Positions 52,344-63,865 of a DNA stretch of 64,000 bases are shown in pieces. The notes beneath the pieces are model-generated. The model was not told where the DNA came from and searched no databases. It saw nothing but the letters and a program-made list of their open reading frames with translations. The DNA comes from Octopus vulgaris (lineage: Eukaryota). The stretch covers positions 98,890,001 to 98,954,000 of the forward strand of contig OX597817.1 of NCBI GenBank assembly GCA_951406725.2. The letters run 5' to 3'. Position 1 is the stretch's first letter, and each line of letters opens with the position of its first letter. Made by a program: the position numbers and the translations under genes.

Positions 52344-52404
52344 GGGGTCTGATGATACGTCATAAAGTTAAACCCTTTATGTATGGGAAACCCAGGGTAA
52401 TCCC
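52344..52404 (+). ncRNA. Minimal hammerhead ribozyme motif in a probable Penelope pLTR fragment (51962-52422)
   Basis: Stem I GGGGT/ATCCC; CTGATGA (52349-55); stem II CATAAAG/CTTTATG; GAAA; stem III ACCCAGGGT; GTA triplet; abuts (TA)n. Confidence 0.6.
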
Positions 52405-52420
52405 ATAAACCGGCCTTCAG

Positions 52421-52422
<2 letters not shown>

Positions 52423-52500
<78 letters not shown>
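52423..52500. repeat. (TA)n microsatellite
   Basis: Seen directly. Similar tracts at 12779-12827, 13186-13245, 57630-57688 and 58497-58592. Confidence 0.95.
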
Positions 52501-52507
<7 letters not shown>

Positions 52508-52539
52508 TAAATTATGCAAAAATGAAAATAACACTGACA

Positions 52540-53225
52540 TCTCAATTAACATATATTTAGCAAAATTACATAAAGATATCTTGAAATACTAAAGAATAAA
52601 TTTATTCAATAAAATCGCCATTGGCTTCAACCAGATGACTGAAATCTCCTGCAACTCTTCTGGATGGTCTCCTTGTTTAAGTAGGTGAATGCTGCCATAA
52701 TCCTTGCCTTAGGTTCATCTTTGGTGTTACAAGGAGTTTTGTTGGTCTCTCACTCAACTGCACCCCATACATAATAATCAAGGGGGTTGCAGTCTAAGGA
52801 GTTAGGTGGCCAGGTGTTAGGGGTGATGTGGTTGCAGAAATTGTTTGACAACCTTGACTAGGTTTTCCTGCTTGTGTGGCATGGTGCACAGTCCTGTTGT
52901 CAGACACAGGATCTTCCAGCAGCCACCCTCTTGACCCAGGGTAGCACTACCTCCTCTAGGCACTTGATGTAGGCCTCCACATTGAGTCTGAGGCCATGTG
53001 GGAAGATGAATGGAGGCATAACATCACCATCACTAGTGATCACTCCAAACATCATGATGTTGACTTGTTGTTTGATTTTTATCACTCTCAATATGTGTTT
53101 TGGTGATACGACAAGCCAACATTTGTTCTGTGTTCACCATCTCTTCATATTGGAGCTTCCTGCATGAATGCCAAGCAGTACAACCTGTTGTTTCCAAATT
53201 TATAGCAGAATTGTGTCGTGGTGTT
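52540..53225 (-). mobile_element. maT/DD37D transposon, 3' fragment
   Basis: MMFGVITSDGDVMPPFIFPHGLRLN, QQDCAPCH, WPPNSLDCNPLDY. Confidence 0.8.
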
Positions 53226-54240
53226 GTTAGCAACAGCATCAAAGCAAGGGAAACAGAGAGAAGTGAGCTTCATTTGATCCAATACCCTCAAACAGGACAG
53301 ATGATGAAATGGGAGGAACATGTTGTTGAGAGAAAAATAAGTTGGAATGAAATATGGAGGTTGACTACATCACAGCTAAGTTTTCTGATTCATTCATCCT
53401 ATGTTTTGCCATTGTCGACAAATCTAGTAAGCTGGAACATCTCAGAAAATGATATATGCAGATGAGGGACAGTTGGAACACTGAAATATATTCTTTCTAA
53501 CTGTTCACTGGCATTGAATAGATATACATGGAGACACAATCCAGTTCTTAAGGTTATCTTCAATGCTATAAAGAACCTAATTGCAACAGTGGCAAAAAAC
53601 ATTGAAAGAATCAACCAGAGATTTCATTATCTTCATGTGCTCAGGACAGCAGATCCATTTCAAGAAGAAGAAGAAGAAACTTCCTGTGAGTGATGAGAAG
53701 TGGAATGGCTATTGGGAGGTGGCTGCAGATTTACCAAGGTGCCAAGGATTTACTGGGTCGCATCCCAGTTACAAAGAAACTAAATATCATAATATGGTGT
53801 GACAAAAAGTGGTAAATCGAGTTAACAGTGGTAGTCAAGTTAAGTTCCTTATGAAGGTAACATGGATACCGCTTGAGGAATATGAAAATGCAGGCTGGAA
53901 AGTGGAGCATTTTCCATTTGAAGTTGGATGTAGAGGATTTGTTGGACACAGTATGAGGTTACTGTTGTTATCGTTAGGCATAACACATCGTAAAGTAAAT
54001 ACCACCATGAGTGATATCCAAACAACAGTAGAAAAGGCAAGCCACTGGATTTGGTTAAAAAGAGATGATGAGTGATGGCTAGAAGAATATTGAGCTATAT
54101 CTGATAACCAGTTGATCTTGCAGGTGGGGCTGGTGTGCAATGATACCGTCAAGAGGTAGGCCCCGAAATGGCATGCATTCTCTGATGGCCTCATACACTT
54201 GCTGTCTTCCAGGATGCAAAGCTTCTGTTTGGTAGCACTT
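53226..54240 (+). mobile_element. HERO/R2-group element, 3' fragment (family of 44150-46150)
   Basis: SFLIHSSY, RYTWRHN, FPFEVGCRGFVG, EKASHWIWLKR. Confidence 0.8.
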
Positions 54241-54719
54241 GCATGTGCAAGTTGTTTGCAAAACATATAATATGATAAAATACACACCTTTTTATTATAT
54301 TATATTATTAGACAGGTAAATTAAATGTCCTTGTCAATCATACTAAGTTGTTTGCTTCTTTGTTTCTGTTTTAATCTATACACACCTACTCAAGGTGAAG
54401 CCATTTCTAGCTGCTTTAGAAAGGTAGTCGCAAATTGCACATTCAACTGCAGTTTATACTAGAATTTTAGTGGCATACCAAATTGAGCACTCTGAGTACA
54501 AAGCTGTTAGTTAGAGTCACCCTGACAAAAATGCCTCATACATTATATATATATATATCTAACATGTAATAAAGTGTAATGAGGGTCCTGTCAATCATGC
54601 TGGTAAAGGGAAACTAAAATAACAAACAGAATGGGAGTGGCAGTCAGAGACACTTAATGCAGGTTAACTATGGTGAGAGATTTTGCTCTTAGTCACTGGT
54701 CTCATCTGTGAAGGTGCTA

Positions 54720-54906
54720 TGCAAAAAGCATTCAGTCCACTCTGCAGTGTGGTTGATGTTAGGAAGGGCATCCAGCTGTACAAACTATGCCAAAATAGAC
54801 AAAGAAGCCTGGTGCAGTCTTCTTCCTATCCAGCTCCTGTCAAACCATCCAATCCATGCCAGCATGGAAAGCAGACGTTAAATGATGATAATGATGATGA
54901 TGATGA
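54720..54906 (+). mobile_element. RTE-type 3' tail/SINE fragment
   Basis: AGGAAGGGCATCCAGCTGTA...CCATGCCAGCATGGAAAGCAGACGTTAAATGATGAT. Confidence 0.75.
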
Positions 54907-55012
54907 AAACTGCAAATTTTTATTGTAAATTGTATTTCTTATATCAATTTCATACACACATACACACATACACAAATGTGTGTGTGTGTGTGTGTGTGTG
55001 TATACATACATA

Positions 55013-56269
55013 CAGGGTGCGTAAATTATTTGAGAACATATCTTTTTTGGGGTCATTGCTGCATTTTTTGCTAACTCTGTATAATCTTTGTTTTAGAAAA
55101 TAACAATTGGAAGACTCTCAGCTTATTCAAGAAATGAAGAGGCATGCTGTTAATGTGGTTATAAAGGCTGAGCATAGCGATTTAGAAATATCTCAATTTT
55201 TAAAAGTTGCCAGATCTTTCGTCTACAAAGTTTGTAAGGAGCTAGAGACTGAAGATAGAAATGTATCACCAGTATGAAAGCATAAAAAGCATTCTAAACA
55301 CTCTGAAACCATCAGAACACCTGAATTTATCCAGCAAGTTCAACAGACCATTGATTACAATCCCAGAAAATCCATGAGGTCAATTGGAAAAGATCTCCAT
55401 GTGTAAGAAAGAACAGTCAGAAATGTTATCCACAAAGACATCAGATATAAGTCTTATATGATGAGGAAAGGTCAATTTGTCAGAAAAAGCAAAAGAAAAT
55501 CACTACATCAACTCTAAAAGGCTCTTGAACAAACTGAAAAATCCAGCAGAAAAAGATTTGATTTGATTTTTCTCAAATGAGAAAAACTTCAACCAAGATC
55601 AAAAAGTTAACTGAAAAAATGACTGATGGTTATGTGCAGACTCTTCTGAAGTTCCAAATGTTATGCATATAAAATTTCCTGTAGCTGTTATGGTTTCAGG
55701 GGTTGTCAGCAATGAAGAATATGTAATGCCTCCTTACTTCTTTCCACAAGGCCTTAGAGTTTACGCTGCCACCTACATTGGGGTTCTGGAAATAATTATT
55801 AAGCTATGGATAGACAGTGTATACAATGGACGGCCACATGTATTTCAGTAAGACTCTGCACTATCACACATGGCTCTAGTAACACAGGAATGGATGGCTG
55901 AAAATTTTCATGTTCACATAACCCTTAACATTTGGCCTCCTAATTCTCCAGATCTCAATCTATTGGACTATTACATGTGGAGTGTTGTTGAGAGAGAGGT
56001 CAATGAACACACCCATAACACCAAAGATTCTTTGAAAGCTGCCATAGTTAGAGTAATGTCCAAAATGAACCAGGACCACTTGATTCAAGCATGTAGATGA
56101 TTTAGATCTCATATAGTAGCAGTTGTTGAAGCTGAAGGTGGCTTTATTGGATAATAAGGTTTATTTTTATCCTCAAAGCATTTTTTTATAAATAAAGTTA
56201 TTATTTGTTATTATATATCTGGGTTTTTTTATAAACATAAATCTATCCTCAAATATCTTAGACACCCTA
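55013..56269 (+). mobile_element. Full-length decayed maT (DD37D) Tc1/mariner transposon
   Basis: TA-CAGGGTG...CACCCTA-TA termini; FSNEKNF; exactly 37 residues between the D of Q*DS and the D of SPDLNLLDY. Confidence 0.9.
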
Positions 56270-56283
56270 TATTTATATATATA

Positions 56284-56885
56284 CTAGCTTAAGGTGACCT
56301 GCTCTATGCATGGGTAAGAGTGTGGTTGTTACTTTCTGCTTTTTATCACCACATTTTCCCTCTTTGTTTCTCTCTCCTTTCTCTCTCACTTTCCCACTCT
56401 CTTACTCTTCATTTCTCTCAGACTCTCCCTTGCTTTCTCTTACTCTCTATCTTTCTCTATCTATCTCTCTCCCATTTATAAACAACAAAAGATCTTGAGT
56501 AAGTTGAGAAAGAAAGTAGTTTGAAAGATCAATCATAAATATCAGGCAGTGACAATAGAAAGGTCTGCTTCAAGGCAGACAGCAAAACACTAACATTTAA
56601 AAGGGACAGACGAACTTGCGAGCTGAAAGTGAAGAGAAGGGAGGAAAGAGAGAGAAACAGAGGAAGACAGATACATAAAAGAATGAGAGGAGACTTGGCA
56701 AAGTGTGCGTTTTTCACCCTAGTAACCACACCTTTTAAGATAGGTATTTCTAACCTAGCCCACTCCCATCCTCACCTCAATTTACATTGTCCCTGTAAAT
56801 TTTGGAGTCAATCTGACGGGATCTAGTGGCCCATTCCAATCAAAACCAGACAAACTTTTTGCATTTCAGAATTATAATATAGAGA
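56284..56885 (-). mobile_element. Non-autonomous Helitron (second family, copy A)
   Basis: Minus strand 5' TC and 3' hairpin + CTAG; homologous to the adjacent copy. Confidence 0.75.
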
Positions 56886-57623
56886 CTAGCTTAAGGTGAC
56901 CCGCTCTATGCGCAGGTGAGGTTGTGGTTGTTACTTTCTGTTGCTTCCTTTCTGTTTCTTATCACCACATTCTCCCCCTTTGTTTCTCTCTCTTTTCTCT
57001 CTCACTTTCCCACTCTCTTACTCTTCATTTCTCTCGGACTTTCCCTCGCTTTCTCTTACTCTCTATCTTTCTCTATCTATCTCTCTCCCATTTATAAACA
57101 ACAAAAGATCTTGAGTAAGTTGAGAAAGAAAGTAGTTTGAAAGATCAATCATAAATATCAGGCAGTGACAACGGAAAGGTCTGCTTCAAAGCAGACAGCA
57201 AAACACTAACATTTAAAAGGGACAGAGGAACTTGCAAGCTGAAAATAAAATATTGGAAACCAAAGTTTGAAGGGATAAAGTCTGAGGATAGTAGAGCCAC
57301 CATGGCTGTTATTTCTTAATGACGGGCAGCAACGTAGTGGCAGTTTAACGGCTGGCGTAAAATTTTGAACTTGATGTAAAAGAAAATTCCTAAACACCCA
57401 CTCCTGTAAATTTTAATCCCTTTCCAGCCCCATTTAGACCCCTTTTCACATTTTGGTTAATATAACCCGATTTCATTCGGGTCTACTCGGGCCACATTTT
57501 ATAAGATGAGGAATTTTGTCCTAGAGGTCATTTGAGGAAAAAAATAGTTGTCATGTAAACTCGCCAGCACTTTTAACATAGGTGTGCATATTTTTAGCTC
57601 AACCGATCACATAATGCACACAT

Positions 57624-57693
<70 letters not shown>

Positions 57694-57756
57694 TATATAC
57701 GCATTATATATATGTGTGTGTGTGTGTGTATGCATTATATATACAAATGTATACAA

Positions 57757-57809
<53 letters not shown>

Positions 57810-58484
57810 CGAAGAGCTCCGCTCGAAACGTCATACCTTCCTGCTTCCATCTTTTCCTGAGCGCCTATTAATAATAATACTGTAATTGTTCCACGTGTTG
57901 TTGTTTTTTCTGTTTTCCCGTTTGGATTAAAATTATACATATATAATATATAAATACAGATATATACACTTTGTATATATACATTATATATATATATATT
58001 TATATATAGAACACACACACACACACACACATATATAAATTAACCCAATAAATATCTGATTCATAATATTTGTTCTCATGATTGTGTGGTGGTTGTGGCG
58101 ATGATAATTCTCTCTATGAATGCAGACAGACGTAGAGAGAGAGAGAGAGTGACAGCACTGGCGAAGGTGACGGGGGAAAGATAGTAGATGCTGTCAAGCG
58201 ACGTTATAGAGAGAAGGTGATGGGAAGGGAGGAAACAGAGAGAGACAGAGGAAGACATGCAGATAAGAGAATGAAAGAGGACTTGTCAAAGTGTGCGTTC
58301 TTTGCCCTGGTAACCACATCTTTTAAGATAGGGATTTCTAACCTAGCCCACTTACATCCTCACCTCATTTTACATGTCCCTGTAAATTTTGGAGTCAATC
58401 CAACGGGATCTAGTTCCCTTTAACCCGTTCCAATGCCAAAACCAGACAAACAAACTTTTCGCCTTTCAAATTTATAGATATTGA
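56886..58484 (-). mobile_element. Non-autonomous Helitron (second family, copy B) with ~950 bp of extra internal sequence
   Basis: 56886-57244 and ~58215-58484 align to copy A; the junction with copy A is GA|CTAG. Confidence 0.75.
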
Positions 58485-58505
58485 TAATAAATAATGTATA
58501 TATAT

Positions 58506-58594
<89 letters not shown>

Positions 58595-58699
58595 CAAAAA
58601 GAAGCACACTCTAAAGCATAAAGCAGTAATGTAGTTATATGCAGTTAAGTCTATGTCCAGTCATAGAGTGATCAATGGTTTCATATCCATAAAGGGCCT

Positions 58700-60245
58700 A
58701 GCCCCATGGATGGCTTGTCAGACTCTAAAGCTGAAGACATATAACTCTTCAACTCCAGGAAGCAGGAATCTGTTATGGTTAGTCGGTTAGTAAGTGAACA
58801 AAGAATAAACAATATGGGTTGGTGAGGAGGGGTTAATATCCTTAGACCAGTTCATATGGGCCAAAAGAGGGGTGAACAGGGAATTACACCCTTAGGCTGC
58901 TTTTAGTTCATAAGGACCTTTCTGGATCTAATCAATAAATAGGAAATCCCATGCTTGCAGCAGGTAATGCTTGAAACGGAGGAAGGGACTGTAAATTTCT
59001 TGGTGAGAGTTCAGTAATCCTGGTTTCAGGGAGTCATTGAGGATCCTTGCTTGCTCAGCTATGCAAAGCTTGCAAGTGTCCACTCCCATTAATATCGGAT
59101 ACCAGTCACTCTATGATCCTGTACTTGATATCATATGAGGTTCCTTCATCTTTGAGGCTTGCCAGGGATATGACAAACTGTCTTTTCAGAAACCTGAAAG
59201 AGGACCTGTTGTTGCACAGGTGCCACTTGAAGGCAGTCCCAACTGGCCTGATATATTTTCAGGCTTGAGTGTTCACATTTCTTGCATATTTTCAGTTGGT
59301 TCTTGGTCAGATGTTGTTGCCACTGGTATTGCTGGAGCTGCCATTGATGCTGTTATCATTACAAGGTATGGGTCTGGCAATATTGCTGCAGCTTTTGTCA
59401 TTGTAGTGGTCATCCCGGGCCATAGTGTTCACACTGCTATTACCGATGGTTATGTGGCGTTTCTGCCACTGTCATTGCTGCCATTGCCGTCACTGTTGTT
59501 GGATGATCCACAGCTTCTATTACTATGATCGCTAGGTCCGGGTATTACCACAGCCTCATAAATGACTCCATTACCCTTGCATTACCCCACCTCCACAAGT
59601 CGGTCATTGTAATCCCTGTGAGAGCAACCAGCCTCATCCCACATTTTATAGGTGTTTGCTAAAATACTTTTCATGTTGAGTGCACTAAAGGAGAGCCTTA
59701 GGTTGTGCCTACTGAACAAAAGTCTGTACCAGTGTGTCTATGTGAAGTATTTGTCTACTAACCTGAGGAATATACTTACCACACAAATTTTGACGTTGAA
59801 TGAGAAGGGTGGGCAAACCAAATGACATTCAAGCAATGCTTCCTTTTGTGAGTCCTTAAACCCACTGGACACCAGTGCCTCATTGTAGTAGGGGGCTGCA
59901 GCATTGAAATTTTTTTGTCTTGAGGATAGATTTGTGATCCTCTTGCTGACAACCCTCTCTGGGTTCTTGAATATGATAGAGGTGAAGCAGAAAGCTGTGT
60001 TGATGTAGGACAGCCTTGTGGTAGGGCCTGTATGTACCAGAGCCCAAGTCTAGAGTGACATCATGGACGTCTATAGTGGTAAGGTTAATCTTGATAGTAA
60101 TTTTGAGTCACATGAAACCTAGGGCACAAATTCAAGTCTATCAAGTGTGGGCCTGTTGGCTCCTCTAGAGATGGCCAGAGCGTCATCTCTGTAGAGACCA
60201 AAGAGGACTGAAGGGAACTTCTTCCCAAAGGTGTCTCGGCAGTGG
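58700..60245 (-). mobile_element. Penelope-like element, 3' half (RT C-terminus + GIY-YIG), decayed
   Basis: Minus strand FGLYRDDALA, VIWFAHPSH, LFSRHNLRLSFSA, AFKWHLCNNRSSF...LKDEGTSYDIKYRII. Confidence 0.75.
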
Positions 60246-61118
60246 GATGGTAAAAATTTCTTAATATAAATAAATTAGGGACATATATAAACTGTTAAAT
60301 TAAGATGTGTATTCATAATATACCTTTCAACTGCAGCCATCTTATGTTCTTGATACACTAAGGCAATAATTATTTTCTCTAATGAGTTTGTATATGTATA
60401 TGTTTGTGTAAGTATGTGTGATTGTAATAATTATCTTTAACAAAACAGATAGAATATGGATGGTAAATCAAATTAATATACTTGTCAATATTATCTGGCA
60501 GTTGTCTTTTGAGATGTTACATTGATCATCATTTGTGACTTAAAGATCGCTGGTTCACACATACAAACATTCAAATAATTCCCTTGTACATGCACATACA
60601 TACACACATATACTCACACAAAGTTGAAATGCTGTTTGATTTTTCTTTTCAGTGTTGAATGTTCACCATCCCACTTCCATTGCACACACACACACACACA
60701 CACACACACAGGCAAACGCACACACACACACGCACATACACACACACAAAGCACACATAAACATTCACATACCTCCGTTTCACACACACAAACATATACT
60801 CACACAGAGTTGAAACGCTGTCTGATTATTTGCTGTCTGATTATGTTGTGATGGAGAAAACCACAAAAGTATTATAGTAGATATTTATATTTTTCGATTT
60901 TTTTCCTTTCTTTCATTTTAGTCCATTTTTCTATGGTTGCCCTTCCTGACACCTTTATTTCTTTTTCCAAGTGAAGGATAACATATTCACATGCACTCAC
61001 ATTCACACAGACATGCATACACACACATATGTATATGTATACAGATGCATAGATGATTATATAACTATGTGTGTGTATGTATGAGTGCAGGTGTTTATAA
61101 TATGTGTTTATGTGGTTA

Positions 61119-61545
61119 TGTGGCTGTGTGGTAAGAAGTATGCTGTTCAACCACATGGTTCCTTATTCAGTCCTACTGCATGACACATTGGGCATCTTCT
61201 ACTATAGCTCCAAGCTGACCAAAGCTATGTAAGTGGATTTGATTGATGGAAACTGAAAGAACTCTGTTGTATGCATATCTATTTGTGTGTGTGTCTTTGT
61301 GTCTTTGTACTCCACCACTGTTTTACATCCCTGTAACCAGCAAAAGTGATCAATAGGCTTAAAAAAAGTACTGGGGTTGATTCATCATCATCATCATCAT
61401 CATCATTTAACGTCCGTTCTCCATGCTAGCATGGGTTGGATGGTTCGACCGGGGATCTGGGAAGCCAGAAGGCTGCACCAGGCTCCAGTCTTATCTGGCA
61501 ATGTTTCTACAGCTGGATGCCCTTCCTAACGCCAACCTTTTGAGG
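61119..61545. mobile_element. tRNA-derived SINE (+, 61119-61380) with an RTE-type tail (-, 61383-61540)
   Basis: GTGGCTGTGTGGTAAGAAG head; (CAT)n followed by TTTAACGTCCGTTCTCCATGCTAGCATGGG. Confidence 0.75.
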
Positions 61546-61590
61546 TAGTATCGCCACAATCTAATGACTAAAATAAGTGAAGGATAAAAG

Positions 61591-61632
<42 letters not shown>

Positions 61633-61775
61633 GGCACTTTGAGCAAGTGTCTTCTACTGTAGGTCAGGGCTGACCAATATTTTCAACAATGATGTTACAA
61701 CCATATCTCATTGTTCAAGTGCTTCAATTCTGTGTATGAATATTTATTCAACTACTGACATTTATCAGTGGTTTC

Positions 61776-62069
61776 TGTGGGATGACGTCAGCAGCTGGAC
61801 GTCAGCAGCCGGGTGCGTTGACCGGAAGCTGGGGCAACAGGAAGGGGTTAGCCGTCAGGCGTGCGCAGGGAGCGGGGAATTGCGCCCTTTCCAACATGAG
61901 TCATGCAGGTGACAAGACATGTGAGGATGTCGCTAAAGGTTTGGGCTAGCAGCTGCTATCGTTAGTGTTTGGGTCGGGGCTGTGTGGAAGGACTAGTCAC
62001 CATTGGAGGGTTTCCGTCACTAAGAAGAGAAGGTAGGTGCCTCTATATTCAAATCGCGCACACACTACA
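61776..62069 (+). repeat. 5' LTR (294 bp)
   Basis: TGTGG...CTACA termini; homologous to 467-713. Confidence 0.9.
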
Positions 62070-62081
62070 AGCTATTTCGGC
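62070..62081 (+). promoter_or_regulatory. Non-canonical primer-binding site complementary to the 5' end of tRNA-Phe(GAA)
   Basis: AGCTATTTCGGC lies directly after the LTR. Its reverse complement GCCGAAATAGCT is nt 1-12 of the conserved metazoan cytosolic tRNA-Phe (from recall). Confidence 0.75.
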
Positions 62082-62113
62082 TGTTCTTAAACATTTACAT
62101 TTTTTTCAACACG

Positions 62114-63865
62114 ATGTCTGCAAAAATTAGGATCGCCAGTGACGTCGTCAGACCTTTTAATGGCGAAGGCGATGTAGTGGCCTGGATTCGCAAAATCAGG
62201 CTGGTGGCAAGGCTGCAGGCAATTGTGGCCGAACGCGTGATAGATGGAGTTGATGTGGTGATGGGGATGGATGCCATCAACTGCCTCGGTGGCGTCAGTG
62301 TTGTGGGAAATGAGGTCATGTTCGGAAGCATGGGGGTGTCGTGCACTGCGAGTCAGGATCGCCAGAGAGAGCAGAGCCCCGCGAGGGACTGCGCCACTTA
62401 CACCATCGAGGACAAAGACTTTCAGGCGGCGTTCGATGGTCAGCGGTGGACGATAGAGAGGCGATGGAAGGATGAGCCCCCTACACTGGAGAACAGGGTG
62501 AGCTGTTACCAGCATACCCTGAAAGGCCACGCCAGGGTCGAGTTTGAAGACGAGGTGGAGAGGTGGATCGAGGAAGGGGTCCTTGTCCCTTGGAAGGAGG
62601 AGGTAGCGGGCAGAGTGCTACCCCTGATGGGGGTGGTGCAGCCTACGAAGGGAAAAGTCAGACCGGTGCTGGACTTCAGGGAGCTAAACCAGCACATATC
62701 GTGTCACACGGTAGGTGAGGCGACAAACGTTTGTGGCGAGGCATTACGTAAGTGGAGACAGTCGACTGAGGCAGTGACGATTGTCGACTTGAGATCGGCA
62801 TACTTGCAGCTCCATGTGAGCGACAAACTGTGGCGATATCAGCTGGTGCGGTATAAGGGCCGGACGTACTGTCTAACCAGGCTGGGTTTCGGGCTGAATT
62901 CCGCTCCGAAGATCATGGCGGCAGTGCTTAGGTCCGTCCTAGGGAAAGACGGCAAGATTAGAAAGGCCACCAGCTCCTACATTGACGACATTTTGGTGGA
63001 CGAAACTGTAGTGCCAGCCGACGAGGTAGTTAGACATCTGGAGAAGTTCGGACTGATTGCTAAGCCACCGGACTCGATTGAAGGGGGAGCCGCGCTGGGG
63101 CTGAAGCTGCGAAGAGATGGATCAGGTGAATTGGTGTTCCGGAGAGGAAATGAAATCCCAGAGCTGAGTTCCAGCGTCAGCAGGAGAGAGCTGTTCTCGG
63201 TGTGTGGGAAGTTGGTCGGTCACTATCCGATCGCTGGATGGCTGCGCACGGCGTGTAGTTACACCAAGAGACGAGCAGAAGGAGAGAGGTGGGGCGACAA
63301 GGTGGGAGAAGGGACGGTGGCGATGATGCAGGAAATCCTAGAGAGGACAAGAGCGGAAGACCCGGTCAGGGGGAACTGGTACGTGCCCAAGACAAAATGC
63401 TGGACCGTCTGGTGTGATGCTAGCAGTATAGCGATAGGGGTGGTGTTGGCAATCGAAGGCACTGCGGTGGAGGACGCGGCCTGGCTTCGGAAAGCAGATG
63501 ATTTCAACCACATCAATGTTGCCGAATTAGACGCGCTGCTGAAAGGGGTGAACTTGGCCTTGAAATGGGGACTGCGCACGATTGAAATCCGGACGGATTC
63601 GGCCACTGTGCTTGGCTGGGTAGGATCGGTGATCACCGGTGACAGGAGAGTGCGGACGAAAGGTGCTGCGGAGATGTTAGTGAAGCGCCGTCTAGGAGTT
63701 CTAGGTGAATTGATCGCCGAGTTTGGACTGAAGCTGAACGTGGTTTTCGAGCCTTCGGAGAAAAACAGGGCGGACGTACTAACCAGGGTGAAAAGAGCGT
63801 GGTTGGAAGAACCGGAGGCCCGGAAAGGGATAGCTGCGCGTGTCGGTTGGATGACTCTGAACTGA
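62114..63865 (+). CDS. LTR-retrotransposon polyprotein: gag N-terminus fused to protease C-terminus, RT and RNase H (583 aa)
   Basis: PFNGEGDVVAW (gag start); VVMGMD (protease end); VRPVLDFRELN, VDLRSAYLQ, LGFGLNSAP, SYIDDILV (RT); WCDASS, HINVAELDA, IRTDS, NRADVLTR (RNase H). Confidence 0.88.
   Translation: MSAKIRIASDVVRPFNGEGDVVAWIRKIRLVARLQAIVAERVIDGVDVVMGMDAINCLGGVSVVGNEVMFGSMGVSCTASQDRQREQSPARDCATYTIEDKDFQAAFDGQRWTIERRWKDEPPTLENRVSCYQHTLKGHARVEFEDEVERWIEEGVLVPWKEEVAGRVLPLMGVVQPTKGKVRPVLDFRELNQHISCHTVGEATNVCGEALRKWRQSTEAVTIVDLRSAYLQLHVSDKLWRYQLVRYKGRTYCLTRLGFGLNSAPKIMAAVLRSVLGKDGKIRKATSSYIDDILVDETVVPADEVVRHLEKFGLIAKPPDSIEGGAALGLKLRRDGSGELVFRRGNEIPELSSSVSRRELFSVCGKLVGHYPIAGWLRTACSYTKRRAEGERWGDKVGEGTVAMMQEILERTRAEDPVRGNWYVPKTKCWTVWCDASSIAIGVVLAIEGTAVEDAAWLRKADDFNHINVAELDALLKGVNLALKWGLRTIEIRTDSATVLGWVGSVITGDRRVRTKGAAEMLVKRRLGVLGELIAEFGLKLNVVFEPSEKNRADVLTRVKRAWLEEPEARKGIAARVGWMTLN

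Noticed and set aside
57808-57835. Partial hammerhead-like GAAGAGCTCCGCTCGAAACGT
   Set aside because: The 5' core is truncated by (TA)n, so it cannot be called as a ribozyme.
467-62069. The two homologous LTRs as ends of one giant 61-kb element
   Set aside because: The first follows integrase + PPT (a 3' LTR) and the second precedes PBS + gag (a 5' LTR). They are substantially diverged and belong to separate insertions.
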